NCBI GenBank assembly: GCA_951406725.2
Contig: OX597826.1
Coordinates: 4,650,001-4,714,000 of the forward strand
Source: Octopus vulgaris
Lineage: Eukaryota
DNA: 64,000 nucleotides
Direction: 5' to 3'
Part shown: in pieces, positions 37,043-52,238 of the stretch
How the letters are laid out: each line of letters begins with the position of its first letter
Numbering within the stretch: the stretch's first letter is position 1
Position numbers and translations under genes: made by a program
Notes under the pieces: generated by a model
Database searches by the model: none
The model's input: the letters and a program-made list of their open reading frames with translations, nothing else
Told to the model about the DNA's origin: nothing

Positions 37043-38853
37043 TGTGACTACATGTTGAACATTAGAAACCTCATACATATTTTTGCAGGTCTGCATATAG
37101 ATTATATTTGGCGAATTGGGTTTCGCTCTTCGTTTATTATTATTTTTTTTTGCCTGAGAATCCCATCTTCCTGAGATTGCCACTTTGCCATTTATTTCGC
37201 GGTATACTCACTTGCATCAACAATTATCAGTATCAATGTATATTTATAATCTGAGAAGAGAAGCTGTAGGTTTCGAAGCATCTATCCATAAATATTCCCG
37301 TTATCACTGGTTTTGAAAGAAGTGTTCATATGTTCAGGGCAGTTCACCTCAAAATGACTGTTATTTATAAATAAATGTATGTATGAATATATGAATGCAT
37401 CGTGATTTCTTCCTTTATATGCGTATGTGTATATGTATTAGGATGTATTGACGCGAGTCTATATGCGTGTATCTGTGAATCTGTTTACACATTCGGGCTT
37501 TACCCAAGTGTGTGTGTGTGTGTGTAAGTATGTATCTATGGATGCCCACCTCATTTGCTCCTTCGCGGTACTGAATCAGTTTATGTTAATCGAGCTTCAA
37601 TGTGCATTCATAAATGTCTGTATACATTTTCTATTCATGTTTAGAAGTGAGAAATGTTGTGGTACATTAACTGAATATTCATAGAGAGTGCATATATCAA
37701 ATCTAAACTGATACGAAACTGAGAACTGAGCCCCGTAAACACACACACACACACACACATTTATGTATATATTTTCATATGCATATAAGGATAGAGATAT
37801 CATACTTCCCCGTGTGAGTATGCACATATATAAATACATATACACACATACGTAAGTATATTTCTGTGCTCTAATCAAAAAGATGCATCCTCAGCGGTGT
37901 GTGTGCGTGTATGTATGTCTATTTGTGTGTGTGTACGAGCGCGTGGGGTTGTGTGAAAGTTTATCTGCATTTTTATAAACAGAACACCGGATAAAAATGA
38001 TCTACGCATGCGCTGACTGAGACTTCCCTAAATTCGACTTTTCGCATGAATTCACACGTGTAAAACATTTTTGATTGTTTTGCACATATTTATGAATATA
38101 TTCATGTGAAAAATCGTGCGGGTGTAACACGAGGGCATGGCTCTTTCTCTTGGAAGGGGAAAACAATCTATAGAATAAAACAGGAATTTAAAACCCTCGC
38201 TCATATACTCGCTCACACACACACGTACAGAACAGCAGGGAAAAAATATCTTTTATTCGTTCGACCTTCTGTTTTATATGAATCCGATAATCAATAATGG
38301 GAGGGTCGATACGCAAACCTCCGTTCATGGCCCTAATCGAAATCTTTGCTCCTTGACTACTGCTGTCAAATGGATTGGCAATAGAGAAGATCGTTGGACG
38401 ATGCTTGTATGACTGAATTGATGTTTAGTGCAACGCTGGCTGGCTGGCTGGTTGGTTAGTTGGATGGCTGGCTGGCTGGTTGGCTAGCTGGTTGGTTGGC
38501 TGGTTATTAAGGATGGTTGGGTGGCTAAGATGGGTGGCTGGATGCATGCTGCTGATTGATGTTTTGTGTTGCTTGGTGTGGTTGGACGAGCGTTCAATAA
38601 TGGCGGAGTGATTCGATTAAGTTGAAGGTAACAGAGAAAAAAGAAAGAAAGAAGGAAAGGAAGAAAGAAGGAAAAGAAGAAAATGAAAGGTAAAGGTGAT
38701 GCAGTGTCAATGATGACGGTAACAAACAGAGGAAGAGAGAAAATGTGGATGAGGATGATCATGATGCTGATGATGGTGTTTGTAGTAATGATGAAGATAT
38801 CAATAAGAAAATTAACGATAACAATAATAAACGAATACAGTTGTAGTAGTAAG

Positions 38854-38929
<76 letters not shown>

Positions 38930-40920
38930 AAATTTTGACATTGCAAAAGTGGAAGAAGACATAATGAAGGTTTGTATCACGTCAAGTGAAAAGATACTGA
39001 AAAAAAATATATACACCCGGTTTTATATTTTATATTAAATAATAATAATATCGATATAATATACGAAAAACTGATACTAAACCCCAATAAGGAATAGTCA
39101 CATAGGATAAATCATGGCACTTAGAGGATGTGACATTTTTCAAGCGAGGCAAAGCATGTTGAGCAATGAGAGGAAGCGTGGGAGAACCTTTAGAGAAAAT
39201 AGAGCTGTCTTGACCGAGAGACTAGTAACCTCTTCTAATAAAATAACATTTACTTGCTACTGAAATTGTCTAAGGAAAGCCTAATATACGACAAGGAAAA
39301 AGAAAACGAATCAGTAATATTTCGTCAAAATTAAGGGAGTTAACTCTAAAATCCTAATTCAGTAAATATGTAGTGAGGAGTGAAACCAAAACAAGTGGTG
39401 TGAGAATTATCTCCACTAACACCACCAGACATAAGCCAGTAGTGGCATCTTCAACTCCATCAACATCGACACCAAAGTAGCTCCCTCAGGTAGGGGTAAA
39501 GTCAGAAACGTTGGTGAAGGAATACAACCGATTAAGCTTAAATACAAAACGTATTTCGCCCACCATATATAGATGGATCACTGAAGTGATTCCCGACTGG
39601 ACTTGAACTCACAACTTATATGATTGTAAATATATTGTGCAACACATTCATAATGTCACAGTATTCTGATAATGATTCCACAGTCAATGGAACAATTACG
39701 AAAACCTGCTAACGAGTCAAAAAGGCTGCTACAATAAAGGAAAATGTGCCTCTTGACCAGCTAGAAAAAGCAGTTAAATTTTTCTCAAACCATTTGTCAT
39801 ACTGAGTTTTAAAATGGAAATCGTAGGCGTCTCATAAGACGAGATATTCATGACTTGAATCTCTCTGCTTGTACATCTTTACGAGCGCCGTGGTTGATGC
39901 TGTTCTTCATCTCTGTATAAAGACATCATCATTATTATTACATAATGTTATTACTGCCAATATTCAATGACTCATCAGAGTGTCGCTCATGCATGTTTCT
40001 GTGTATGTATTTGTATATATTAGCCTATGAATGTGTCTGTTGACGCCTAAGCGCTGTCTGTGCATATATATATATGCGTATAGGTGTGTGTGCGTTTATG
40101 TGTGACTATGGATGTGGATGTTGATGTGCAGCGATATGATGCAGCAAAAGGTGTTATTAATGATGAGCAGGGGAGAAAGGAATGGGTTTCTTGAAGGCTT
40201 GCTGTGACAATGAAGTGTTGGCAGTGGCGACGTTTGTCATCGTCATCGCCGAGATGGTGCCGTTACTGGTGATGGTGTGCAGATATTACATGAAAACAAG
40301 TATAATAATGCAATTATCGATTCGAGAAAGATCGTCAACTTAATATTGTGATCGTTGCTTAAAGATATTGAATGTTTCAAGTTTGAATTCCTCGTGACAG
40401 CTTTTCATTCGATTCCAAAGAACACCTCCACTTCCACACAACCGTAAGCTGGCGTACAGCGGTAAGGGTAGGGCGGACGAAGAGACACTTGAAATGGAAA
40501 TGCAATCATGCGCACGCAGCGGGAAACATTTGCCTGCGTATGCGAAATATGACATGCCTTTCAGTATGTGCACATGTCTGTCTGCCTACACACACACAGA
40601 CACACACACACACACACATACACACACATACATACATACACATATATATATGCACATTTTTCTCATATATATATATATCAGTGCACTGTGCATGCAGCAT
40701 TTGAGTGTGCTGCTGTGTACAAGAATGTGCAAGTACAGACGCTTCTCGGTTGCATCTAATTCAGATTGTTGATAGATTCAATGACATGCTCCAAACAAAA
40801 ATTATAATATATATCTTTATATGTGCGTACGTGTGCGCGTGTCAGTGTATGTATATGAATTGTTTTATATATAATATAATATATATATATATATATATAT
40901 ATAAATAATAATAATAATAA

Positions 40921-40980
40921 TTGGGCTTCGTATATTTTACCCCAGTGTCACTTTGATGGCATGAACTGCTCTCTCACTCA
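40921..40980 (+). mobile_element. 60-bp insert within (AAT)n, probable 3' end of a microsatellite-targeting LINE
   Basis: Unique sequence ending ctctctcactca, with (AAT)n on both sides. Confidence 0.5.
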
Positions 40981-41000
40981 ATAATAATAATAATAATAAT

Positions 41001-41137
41001 AATGATATTAGGGAGTATAACTCCAAACTTACAGGGACAAATTCAATTTAGTATTAAATCAAATTTCACAATATAAATGCATAATATATATAAATTAGAG
41101 AAAAAAAAAACATAATTACATAATAGTGTTTTTCTCT

Positions 41138-41140
<3 letters not shown>
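41001..41140. mobile_element. Family D terminal fragment with a fold-back end
   Basis: Similar to 6038-6170; TTAGAGAAAAA (41095-41105) pairs with TTTTTCTCTAA (41129-41139); followed by (TA)n. Confidence 0.7.
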
Positions 41141-41205
<65 letters not shown>

Positions 41206-41249
41206 TATATACCAGTATCATGTGCGTGAGTGTGTATGAAAGCGTGTCG

Positions 41250-41445
41250 CTTAGTGTTGATGGTGTTGCACTGGTTTCGATTCCCAAAGCGGCGCTGCCT
41301 TGTATTCTTCAGCAAAACATTTTGTTTCGCGTTGCCCCAGTTCAATCAACTGTATATGGGAATCAACGCGAAGAACTTGCGTTCTATTCTAAAGGAACGT
41401 TGGCCTTCCCGCCATAGCGAGCGAGATGGCATCATTCGGAAGCTA
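41250..41445 (+). mobile_element. Degraded CORE-type SINE
   Basis: B-box-like ggtttcgattcc, then ttcttcagcaaaacattttgtttcgcgttgccccagttcaatcaactgt. Confidence 0.6.
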
Positions 41446-42048
41446 CAACAATGGGAGGGAGAGCACTCTGTGACCAACGGTACTGATCCAATAATCTGCT
41501 CGATAGAATGATACAGCGGAACACACACACACATACACACACACACACACACACATGCATGAAGATGTATGTCTGTATGTGAGCATACTCTCATGTATAT
41601 TTGAGTGGCTAAGTGGTGCGCTTCGCAATTTTACGGCACCAAGTTCAATCTACGCCTTTCCATCTTCGAGAAGTGTCTTTTACGACAGACTCAACCCAAT
41701 CCATGCCCCAAGTTTCACCATCGAATTTCGGCAGAACGAAACTAACAATTCCATCCCAACAAATAAATGATATCTGTCTGTGGAATACTCAGCTGCTAAA
41801 ACTAAAAGTTTATTCCGTAGCAAAAGTCGAATACACATGACCAAAACGAACAACGTGTCTGGGGTGTGGGCGTGGATGTGTGAGTGTCGAACTGTAGGTA
41901 GATATATATACGCAAATGATAGAATATAAAGCTGATGGTGTTCGTATGTCTGTAAATGCTGTTAAGAAATTGATTAACTGATAGTTCAGATACACAAATA
42001 TGCATTTATTTATTTTTCACGCCATAATCTTTCTCATAATCTTGATCT

Positions 42049-42099
<51 letters not shown>

Positions 42100-42180
42100 T
42101 GTCTGTGTCTGTGTGTGTGTATGTGTGAGTGTGCTTAGATAGATAAATAAATAGAGAGAGAGAGAGAGAGAGAGAGAGGT

Positions 42181-42335
42181 CTTTTATCGTTCACTTGATT
42201 TACTCCTTGGATTCCAGCTTTGAAGGTTTTAGTCGAATGAATCTGTCCAAGTAATGGGGTTTTTAAAAGTTGAGTACGAAATCAATCGCTCTGTTTGTGG
42301 AACTGTTAAGTTACGGGGTCGAGAGCAAACCAGTG
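42181..42335 (-). mobile_element. Degraded SINE family A 3' part
   Basis: tttagtcgaatgaatc...gaactgttaagttacgggg. Confidence 0.55.
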
Positions 42336-43352
42336 TGCAAATGTAGCATAGAAGCATAGAGCCCTTCTTTTCAGGAGAGCCGATTTTATGCTTCGAACTT
42401 TGACTGGTAAATCTGGTCGAGCGCAAAATAGATGGCCTATTGTTCACATATATATATATATATATGTCTGAGAGAGAGAGAGAGAGAGCGAGAGAGTGAG
42501 AGGCGGGGAGAGGGGCAAGGGCGAGAGAGAAAAAAGAGAGATGCCGATAGATATTCACGTGTGTGTGTGTGTGTGTGTGTGTGCAAATATCAGAGAAAGC
42601 CGTGTCACTAAGAACACTCTATACATACACAAGTGTAAAAACATACGTACATTTTTATATACATACAAACATGTATGTATCACGTTTAAATCAACCTCAC
42701 ATAATTACCCTACTAGAGTGTCCCGTGTGAAAAAATAGCATACTGTATTTATTTAAACATTTATTTTGCTTTATCTAATTTGCTTCGTTGAAAAACAGAA
42801 CCAAAAATCTAAAATTTCTCTGAAAATGTCCCACAAGCTGCTGCCTGTCTCATAGGTTCTATGTACGTTTTGTGTAAGTGTGCGTGTGGTATAGAGACGT
42901 AAAAGATAAAGCAAAGGAAAACAGTTGAAGAAATAAATATGAAACGGAATCGTTGATTACATAAAAAAATATATATATTAAGTATGCATACTTCAGAGAA
43001 TTTTGAAAGCTAAAGTATTTTATAAGCTCCACCCAGTATATATGCATACGCACACGCACATACACACGCACGCACACAAATATTTATACATACATACATG
43101 AATACATACATACATACATACATACATACATACACATATATATATATATATGCATGCATGTATGTATGTATGTATATACACATATATATATTTGTATATA
43201 CAATTGTTTGGATTTACTTATATATATATATATATATATGTGTGTGCGTGTGTGTATATATATATATATGTATGTATATATATATATGTATATATGTGTA
43301 TATATATTTATATGTATATATATATGTGTGTATATATATTTATATGTATATA

Positions 43353-43392
<40 letters not shown>

Positions 43393-43756
43393 TATTTGTA
43401 CATACAAATGTATGTTTGGATTTACATATATATATGTATATATACATTTCCCTTGATCTCACAGTCTTTCTCCTCCCTCTCATTCTTTCCCTATTCGCAC
43501 AGATACACTCGCTCATATATATTCATGCGTTGTGTATTTATGTACGTGTATTCATGTCTTGTATGCATATGTATACGTTTCTCTCTTTACGCATTTCTAT
43601 TTGTGATTCAATATTAGAAATATGTAAATGTGCATATTTCAACTGGGTTATATAGGTTTTCCAATTTATGGTTTTGTGCAGCTCCTTTGAAGTTATATTC
43701 AATAAAAAAAATAGTTTGTAATTTACGTATGGACCCACAATATCGAAGAAATGTTG

Positions 43757-43835
43757 GCCGATAATATCTACCCCAGTACTTGACTGGTACCATATTTTAC
43801 GAACCCGAAATGCTGAAAGGCAAACTTCAACTCCC
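43757..43835 (-). mobile_element. SINE family B fragment
   Basis: ccccagtacttgactggtac...cccgaaatgctgaaaggcaaac. Confidence 0.6.
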
Positions 43836-44439
43836 CACATGTTCAATTCATTCACACATATTCAATATTTTCTGCTCCAAAGCAGATCTACAAATTTTGT
43901 TATATAACTCTTCATAGCAGTATTTGATATATTTTATGTATTAACGCTTTCGGAGTTAACACACAGTTGGCGTAACATTTTGACTAAAGATCTTATAAAT
44001 AAATGAGTAATTCTCTGAGAATTGATAATATCTTGTCATTTCAGCAGCTACATCGCCTATTTTTCCTTATTTTTGTTTCAATACATACGCTTCATTACCA
44101 ACGTAATAATATAAAAAGTTTATCTAACGCAACCAATGCAGTATACGAAATCACTTGACCATAAGACCATTGCTAATGTCTTAAACCATTGCACATGAGA
44201 GATACAATTTGGATTCTAAGCAAATGACTGAAATCCTCGCTGGAAAAATGGTGCACCGTATACGTATAAAGAAAATACATTAGAAACGAGAGTTACAAAT
44301 ATTCTCACTACTTATATGTATGTGCGAGTGTGCGTCTGTATATGTGCATATGTGTGTGTGTAAATGTGTACGTGTATATGAGCTTATCTATGGAAATATG
44401 AGTGTGTGTATTTGTATTTGATTATATATATGCATATAT

Positions 44440-44859
44440 AGGTGTAGGAGTGGCTGTGTGGTAAGGAGCTTGCTTACCAACCACATGGTTCCGGGTTCAG
44501 TCCCATTGCGTGGCACCTTGGGCAAGTGTCTTCTACTATAGCCGCGGGCCGACGAAAGCCTTGTGAGTGGATTTGGTAGAGGGAAACTGAAAGAAGCCCG
44601 TCGTATATATGTATATATATAAGTATGTGGTTGTATATGTTTGTGTCTGTGTTTGTCCCCCCCAAAAAACATCGCTTGACAGCCGATGCTGGTGTTTACG
44701 TCCCCGTAACTTAGTGGTTCGGTAAAACAGACCGATAGAATGAGTACTAGGCTTACAAAGAATAAGTCGTGGGGTGGATTTGCTTGACCAAAGGCGGTGC
44801 TCCAGCATGGCCACAGTCAAATGACTGAAACAAGTAGAAGAGTAAAAGAGTAAAGAGTA
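44440..44859 (+). mobile_element. SINE family A, full length
   Basis: ggagtggctgtgtggtaag...ggttcagtccc...ccttgggcaagtg...gaaagaagcccgtcg...caagtagaagagtaaaagagtaaagagta. Confidence 0.95.
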
Positions 44860-44895
44860 TACGGATGCTTTCGCACGCACACAGAAATATACATG

Positions 44896-44927
<32 letters not shown>

Positions 44928-46129
44928 GTCTATCTAATTGCTATCTTTAAAGCTACGGATGGATTATTGAGTGTGTGAGAGAAAGTTCTTCTTGTCTTCA
45001 CAGATAGAAACCAAAAAAAAAAAAAAAATTGGATTCCGTTTGAAAAACTAAAATAGAAAGAGATAGAGAAAAAATACCCGATACGCCCCACCCCACCCAC
45101 CCAATCCGCAAAAATTGTCGATGATTGTATAAACAGATCTAAAAATACAACTAAAAAAAAAAAATACGGTGATGATAATTCTTTACAATTTATCTCTATT
45201 CATTCTCGTTTTATGTATTCATTCCCTTCTTTCTTTCGAAAATCCTAATCTCATTCTTCTCCCCTTCTTCTGCACGATTCTCCTTCCAACAACTTGAAAT
45301 GAATTTTAGCGTGTTTTTAAATTTTACTTTGGCGTTGTTACTATGTTGATGTTTTGTTATAAATTTATTAACACGTATTATCCAATTTAGTAGCGATACA
45401 ATAAATTTGGTAAACAATTTCATTTATTTCACCATTCCTCTCTGTCACTTTTTCTCCAACGATGTTCATTTCTCTTTGTATTTTGAGTAAGAATTAAATA
45501 ATAATAAAACAACAAAACACAATGAAAGCGAGTGAGAAAGAAAGAGAGAGAGAACAAAACAATGTTATAAAGGTATTGCTGGAATAAAGTCTATTTCTTA
45601 AAGGAGAATGGAGGTTTGATTTGGTGATGAAATTAATGTTAGTTTTAAACAACAACAGGCGTTCGCGTAGAAACAGTTGCAAAAAGAAGAAAAAAACATT
45701 AAAAGTATTTCTAAGAGTCAAATAAATGCACAAATGCATATTCCAAAGAGACAATAAAAAAAAAAAACGGGAACAAAACGAAAACAAGAAACAGGATGTA
45801 ATTTTTTTTTTTTTCGCAAAAATAAAGAATTTCTAAAATAAACATAATGTTATTATTAATGAAATTAAACGTAAAAGAAAAAGAAAAAAAAGAATTTACA
45901 CTGAAAAAGATAAAAGATATTTAAAAAAATAGAAGTATTCAGCAGCTAGAAAACAACAACAGTTATAACGTTACTGACAACAACAAAAGTGATATTGGCA
46001 CAGATAGTACTAGCAACAGCAGCATTGCAGCTACTACGTTTAATACTACTAATAATAACATTATCAAAATGATGACGCTGATAATACTAATAGCAATGAT
46101 AATCATAATAGTTTCAAGCAGGAGCAGCT

Positions 46130-46173
<44 letters not shown>

Positions 46174-46317
46174 TATAGTAGTAGTAGTAGTAGTAGTTGT
46201 AGTAGTAGTTGTAATAGCAGCAATAGTAGTAGTAGTAGTAGTAGTAATAGTGGTGGTGGTAGTGTTTTTGGCGATGGAGGTACAACTATTACAATTAATA
46301 CTTCACTAACGATATTA

Positions 46318-46352
<35 letters not shown>

Positions 46353-46988
46353 TAGCTCCAAATCCAAACAGCAGGAGGAGTAGTAACAGTAGGTATTGTA
46401 AACATAATTCAGAGACAATTTCGTTAATCTTCACACACAATCTATAAAGCTAAGCAAACAATAAGAGTAACAGCAACAACAAATATTTCTATAAAAGAAA
46501 TAAAAAAAAAATCTGAGGATAATGTTTATAAAGTATTTTTATGCTTTTTAATTTTTTTTTTTACTGTTTCTGTATTTTATTTCAAGATATTTTATTTCAG
46601 TATTATATCTGAACATTTTTTAAGAATATATTTTGTTTCTATTTTCTTGTTTGTTTGGATAATCCTCCTTTTATAATTTGGTTTATTTTATTTCAAGGTT
46701 GATTCTTATAAATTTCATATCCAGGATACGGTAAATTAGTCGATCGTCAGCAGTATTGTATGTCAAGGATGAGCAGTGTCAATTATGTTAGCGTAGACTT
46801 TCTTTTAGAATTGAAGCACAACAAGGCTTGCTCATTCGCTCTCGGCACTACATCGATGCAAACATGCATACAAAGCGTTTGTATAAACCGACTTTTCCAG
46901 TTGAAGTAAATAATTTTGTACATATAATAAGTATATATCTAAGTTACTTGAGTGCGCTCATATGTTTGTGCGTGTATGTGTGTGTATG

Positions 46989-47054
<66 letters not shown>

Positions 47055-47233
47055 TGCGTGTGCATTATAGGTCAGTTAGTCATGGATTTTTCATTGTTGA
47101 AACTGTGCAGTAATGGAAGGGTAACAAAGCTATTATACACATATATACACATATATACTGTCTACTAAAATGCAGAATTTGCTGTGTTCTTCGATATTAT
47201 CATACGTTAATGCACATTGCATTATTCACACAC

Positions 47234-47285
<52 letters not shown>

Positions 47286-47295
47286 TGATAATAAA

Positions 47296-47359
47296 TCACC
47301 GTGATCAACGTGGCCGACCAGGCTATCAGATGTTGCTACACATCGCTGGTCACAATGCG
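47296..47359. mobile_element. Short structured insert beside (AAT)n, possible LINE 3'-end remnant
   Basis: GACCAG...GATGT-tgctac-ACATC...CTGGTC stem-loop; family assignment is from recollection only. Confidence 0.3.
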
Positions 47360-47709
47360 GATATTTCCTTTAGCTGTTGCCTTAGATTAACTGCATCATG
47401 ATCTGATCTTCACTTAACAAGATCGACAGCAACGTATCCTGGTAGAAGCTGCATACCCTGGTAGAAGGTAGAGCCGATTTAATGTAGCCTCTCTGTTAAT
47501 AGATTAGTACTTGTTTTATTGATCTCGGTGCAGAAAAGGCAAAATCACCCCACCCCCCCCCATAGTATTTGGACTAATAAGACAAATAAAGGTAGCATGA
47601 ATATGGCCATACATTTTATTGCATGGTCTATTGATTCTGATATACAATTAGCAACAATAAAAATAAATGATTGCCATTAATCTTGATATTGTTGATCTTC
47701 CTTATCGTA

Positions 47710-47930
47710 TCACATCATCCTGATCCTCATCCTCATCCTCATCATTATCATCATCATAATCGTCGTCGTCGTCGTCGTCATCATCATCATCATCGTCATC
47801 GATGTCGTGATTCTCATTATCGTCGTCTTCATCACTACTATCATAATTCTCATCCATCCCAATATTATCTTTGGACGCAGGTCTTCAGTCGTCGTCTTCC
47901 ATTGGCCATCATCATCACCATCTTCATAAC

Positions 47931-47980
<50 letters not shown>

Positions 47981-48245
47981 ACAACATAATCATCACCATC
48001 ATCACCATCATTATAATCATCATTAGTTTTATTATTGAGGCTTTCCTCGTCGTTATCGTCGTCATAATCATAATCACCCATCAATATCATTAGTAGGAAT
48101 GTTCACTTCAACCTTCCCAACATCGTCTTTGCCTTTTTTAGATACGGTTTTTTTTAAAATCGACAACAGTCGACATCACTATCATCATTATTATCATCAC
48201 ATTCATCAACATCATCATCATCATCATCATCATCGTCACCTTCAT
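47710..48245. repeat. Degenerate (CAT)n/(CGT)n trinucleotide region
   Basis: Direct reading. Confidence 0.9.
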
Positions 48246-48736
48246 CAACATCAACCTCCTCCTCAGAACATGTTCAACGCATACCCACTTAAACCTGACC
48301 AGCTCCAACAATAGTAATTTTCGGTTAATTTGCTTTACTCATTTTTTTTTACAATATAAAGAGAAAGTTGTTTTCTTGTTCCTGTCATCCGTTTTAACAA
48401 ACAAACAAAACAAAAAATATTACAAATTAAATCACGGAATGCAATGTCTCAAGAGTAGAAAACACCAATTATTCACCGAAACAAGATTTTGTTCGGTATT
48501 GTTGTCAGTACTAGTCGAAGCGCTCGGTCAGGGTACAATGGAGACTTTTTTTTCTGCCATCCTTTTCTGATGCAGAGTTCAGCTTTTATCATTTCAGCTG
48601 GTTACGTAGGGTGAAGGAGGAAGACACCAAATAAAACCGGTAAATTACGCACATACACACTCACACATACATATATGTATATGTATATATATTTATAAAT
48701 GGGTATGTGTATGTATAGTTATATATATATGTACAG

Positions 48737-48780
<44 letters not shown>

Positions 48781-50046
48781 GCATATATATCTATATATAT
48801 GTATGTATATATACATGAATATATACGTGTGTGTGTGTCTGTCTGTATGTATGTAAGTAGAAATATGTATGGATAAGCGTCTCTGGATAATTGCACATAC
48901 GTGTATGTATGTATGTATAAATGTATACGCATTTATGTCTCTGGATAAATGCACACTCGTGAATGTATGTATGTACGTATGTATAATATTTCTGTATAAA
49001 TAACTAATTAAACGTATTGCCTTGAAATGTGAAGTAGACGATATTAAATCAGCTCTGAAGTTTCGCATTCTTTAATTGAGGAGATCTACTGCTAGGAAAA
49101 AGAAATACAATGGAAACTATATATACATGTGTGTGTATATGTATGTATGTGTATGTGTGTGTGTGGGGGGGTGTTTAGAAATTTAAAGAGAAAGACATTA
49201 AGATAGATGGAGAAAAAGAGCAAAATAAGAGTTAAAAAAAGAACGAAGAAAATAAGAGAAAGAAACTCTAAAGAAAATGTAAAGAAATATTGTGAGGGAA
49301 ATTTAAAAATAAGAAATCTTAATGATATTTTGCAGGAGTAGCAAAGGAAAAGACAAGAAGAAAAGTCTAAAAAATTATTTTAAATATATACAAATACAAA
49401 GAAATGAATAAAGGAAATAAAACTGAAAGAAGAGAACTATTTTAAAAAATGTAAGAAAGCCTAAAAAAATTCAGATAAATGATGTTCTTAGTGAGAGAAT
49501 AAATACAAGGAAAAAAAACAAACACATTATATAAATGAACGAAAGAACATTCTAGAGAGGAAATCAACAAAGACCAAGTTTGTCAGCCATTTTGTTTCAC
49601 TTTTCGATTGTCATTTCTCGTTTCGTTTACATAAAATTTCAGATCATGAACTTTGCTCTATTTTCCGCCATCTTTTCATTCTTCATTCTCCCTCTTTCCT
49701 TCTCTTTCTAAGATTCTAACTTCCTTCACTGATATCTGAACATATCTTGTTTCTTAGCTCCCCCCCCCCCGCACCAACACCACGTCCACAAAATTTTAAA
49801 ATTATATTTCTTTCTCATATACTCGCATTCCTGCTTCATCTATTTACTACTCGTTCTTTATTCTCCCTGGTTCTTCTACGTTGTATCTTATTTTCCTTCT
49901 ACTTGGTAATTTCCCCCTTCTTCCCCCTTCTCTCCCACACTCATCCATTTTCCATTTCCAACCTTGCTCCAATTTTATTTCTAAACTTAGAGTACATTTC
50001 ACTATTCACCCTCTTACAAGCAATGTTTACACACACACACACACTC

Positions 50047-50079
<33 letters not shown>

Positions 50080-50115
50080 GTGTGTATGTATGTATGTTTG
50101 TATGTATGTATGCGT

Positions 50116-50162
<47 letters not shown>

Positions 50163-51453
50163 TGTGCGGAAGAAATGGGAGATTAAATGCTATTCTGAAA
50201 TAGGTTAATGGCGTAATGTATGTGAAATTACTTTAAACAAGGATTGAACGCTGATAATTTTTTACGAACATACGTATTTAATTGATTTTTCTCTTTCTAT
50301 CGAGTCCCACATGATGCATATACGTTGAGTAATAATAATGCATCTGTGTCTTAATTTGGTTAATCATGTTTATTAAAGTGACTATGTACCTGCAGTATTG
50401 ATCACTTGGTTGAAAAAAATAATAGTAACGGTAAGACTTAATGAAACAAAATCTAGCTAAAAGAGAATAAAAAAGTAACTTTACATCTGTAATTCTTCGG
50501 AATAAAAAATAATGATTTAATCAAAGAACAACGCCATTTTTTTTTACTATTATCTGTGACGAAAGTATTAAAACATTTTAAAGATACATTTTATCCTGCT
50601 GAAATGATATTTGCAAAACCACGAAGCACGACTGTCATATCTAATTATTTTCGTACTTTTGGTTTCGTGTTTTTCGTCAAGAAGATTAAGAAGTATATCT
50701 TTCAAACAGAAAACATCTTCAAACGCTAATAGTTGATTTAATAAGCAAGTTATTATTTTACACGTGTTCGGGAATACTTTTGTTTGAAGTATTTTTTTAA
50801 GAACGATACTTACAGACAATAAAAAATAACACACTACACATTGAGCTGGTGCGTTTTTCTTTTAACTATCAAAAGGAAAGCAAAAAGAAGACAAAGCTTG
50901 TCAAACACTATTCTCTCGACAATTGATATTTGTAATTAACAGAAAAGTTTTGTGTGCATAAGAAACAATATATAAAACGAAAGAGACTACTTGCCCTTTC
51001 GAAAGAAAAAAAAAAATCATTCACATATGTGTAGTTGGAAACGATGAAACATTTTCCTAAGACAGCCATGCAGTATTTCACAGGTGTTTCCTTTTTACTC
51101 ATGTAAAACGATTTTGAACTGTTTAACTCTAGTTGTTTCAATAGTTACAGTTGTATAATTTTGGGTCAATGAACGGAGATTTGTATAAATCAATGGGGGA
51201 AAAAAAAACTGATAAACATATGAAATCTCAGAAGCTTATTCCGATTATTTATTCCAAACTATTATACCACAGGATATAAATTGGTGCTACCAGTCGTTAT
51301 ACTTAGTGAATGATTGTATTTTGTTTGCAGAACTGGGCAGCAAACGTAAATACTCCTATAATAACAAAGACTATAATAGCTGCCACAAATATCCATTGCT
51401 CTCTCTAGCTTGGTCCCTAATTCTATATTTTATTCCCCCCCTCTCTCTCTAAG

Positions 51454-51484
<31 letters not shown>

Positions 51485-51819
51485 CACACAAAAAAGAAAA
51501 AAATCCTTGGACACTTCAGGAAAGGAAAAAAGCTGTATAAATATTCTAATTCAGTGTTATTGCAATTTGATAAAACATCGAAAGAGGTGCCTAAATTTAT
51601 AGGGCGTACTTATACAAGTCACATATTAATACAAATTTTTTCCTTTCGTGGAGTGTGTGTACATTCTTTTGGCGGACTTATATACGTGTATGTGTGTGTG
51701 TGGGGGGGAAATCCTGATTGTCAATTTGAAACAAGAGTAACAAGAGAGTATTCTCTAACGAGGTGATACATTACTGAGAATACGCTCAAATTTGTTATAC
51801 GATTTTTTGTGACCCGGTA

Positions 51820-52238
51820 TACTCTTTACCCTTGTTGCTTGCTTCAGTCATTTGACTGCGGTCATGCTGGAGCACCGCCTTTAGTCGAGCAAATCGACCC
51901 CAGGACTTATTCTTTGCAAGCCTAGTACTTATTCTATCGGTCTCTTTTGCCGAACTGCTAAGTTACGGGGACGTAAACACACCAGCATCATCGGTTGTCA
52001 AGCGATGTTGGTGGGGGGTGACAACCACAGACACACAAACACACACACACACACACATATATATATAAATACATATATAAGACTGGCTTCTTTCAGTTTC
52101 CGTCTACCAGATCCACTCACAAGGCTTTGGTTGGCCCGAAGCTATAGTAGAAGACTCTTGCCCAAGATGCCACGCAGTGGGACTGAACCCGGAACCATGT
52201 GGCTGGTAAGCAAGCCAGTTACCACACAGCCACTCCTG
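51820..52238 (-). mobile_element. SINE family A, full length
   Basis: Reverse complement of 44440-44859 with few differences. Confidence 0.95.

Noticed and set aside
47671-48314. His/Arg/Asp-rich ORFs
   Set aside because: Products of (CAT)n/(CGT)n repeats, open in several frames
49580-49680. YY1-like GCCATnTT words suggesting a promoter (also near 13002 and 19442)
   Set aside because: Short motifs expected by chance; no CpG-rich context or transcript evidence
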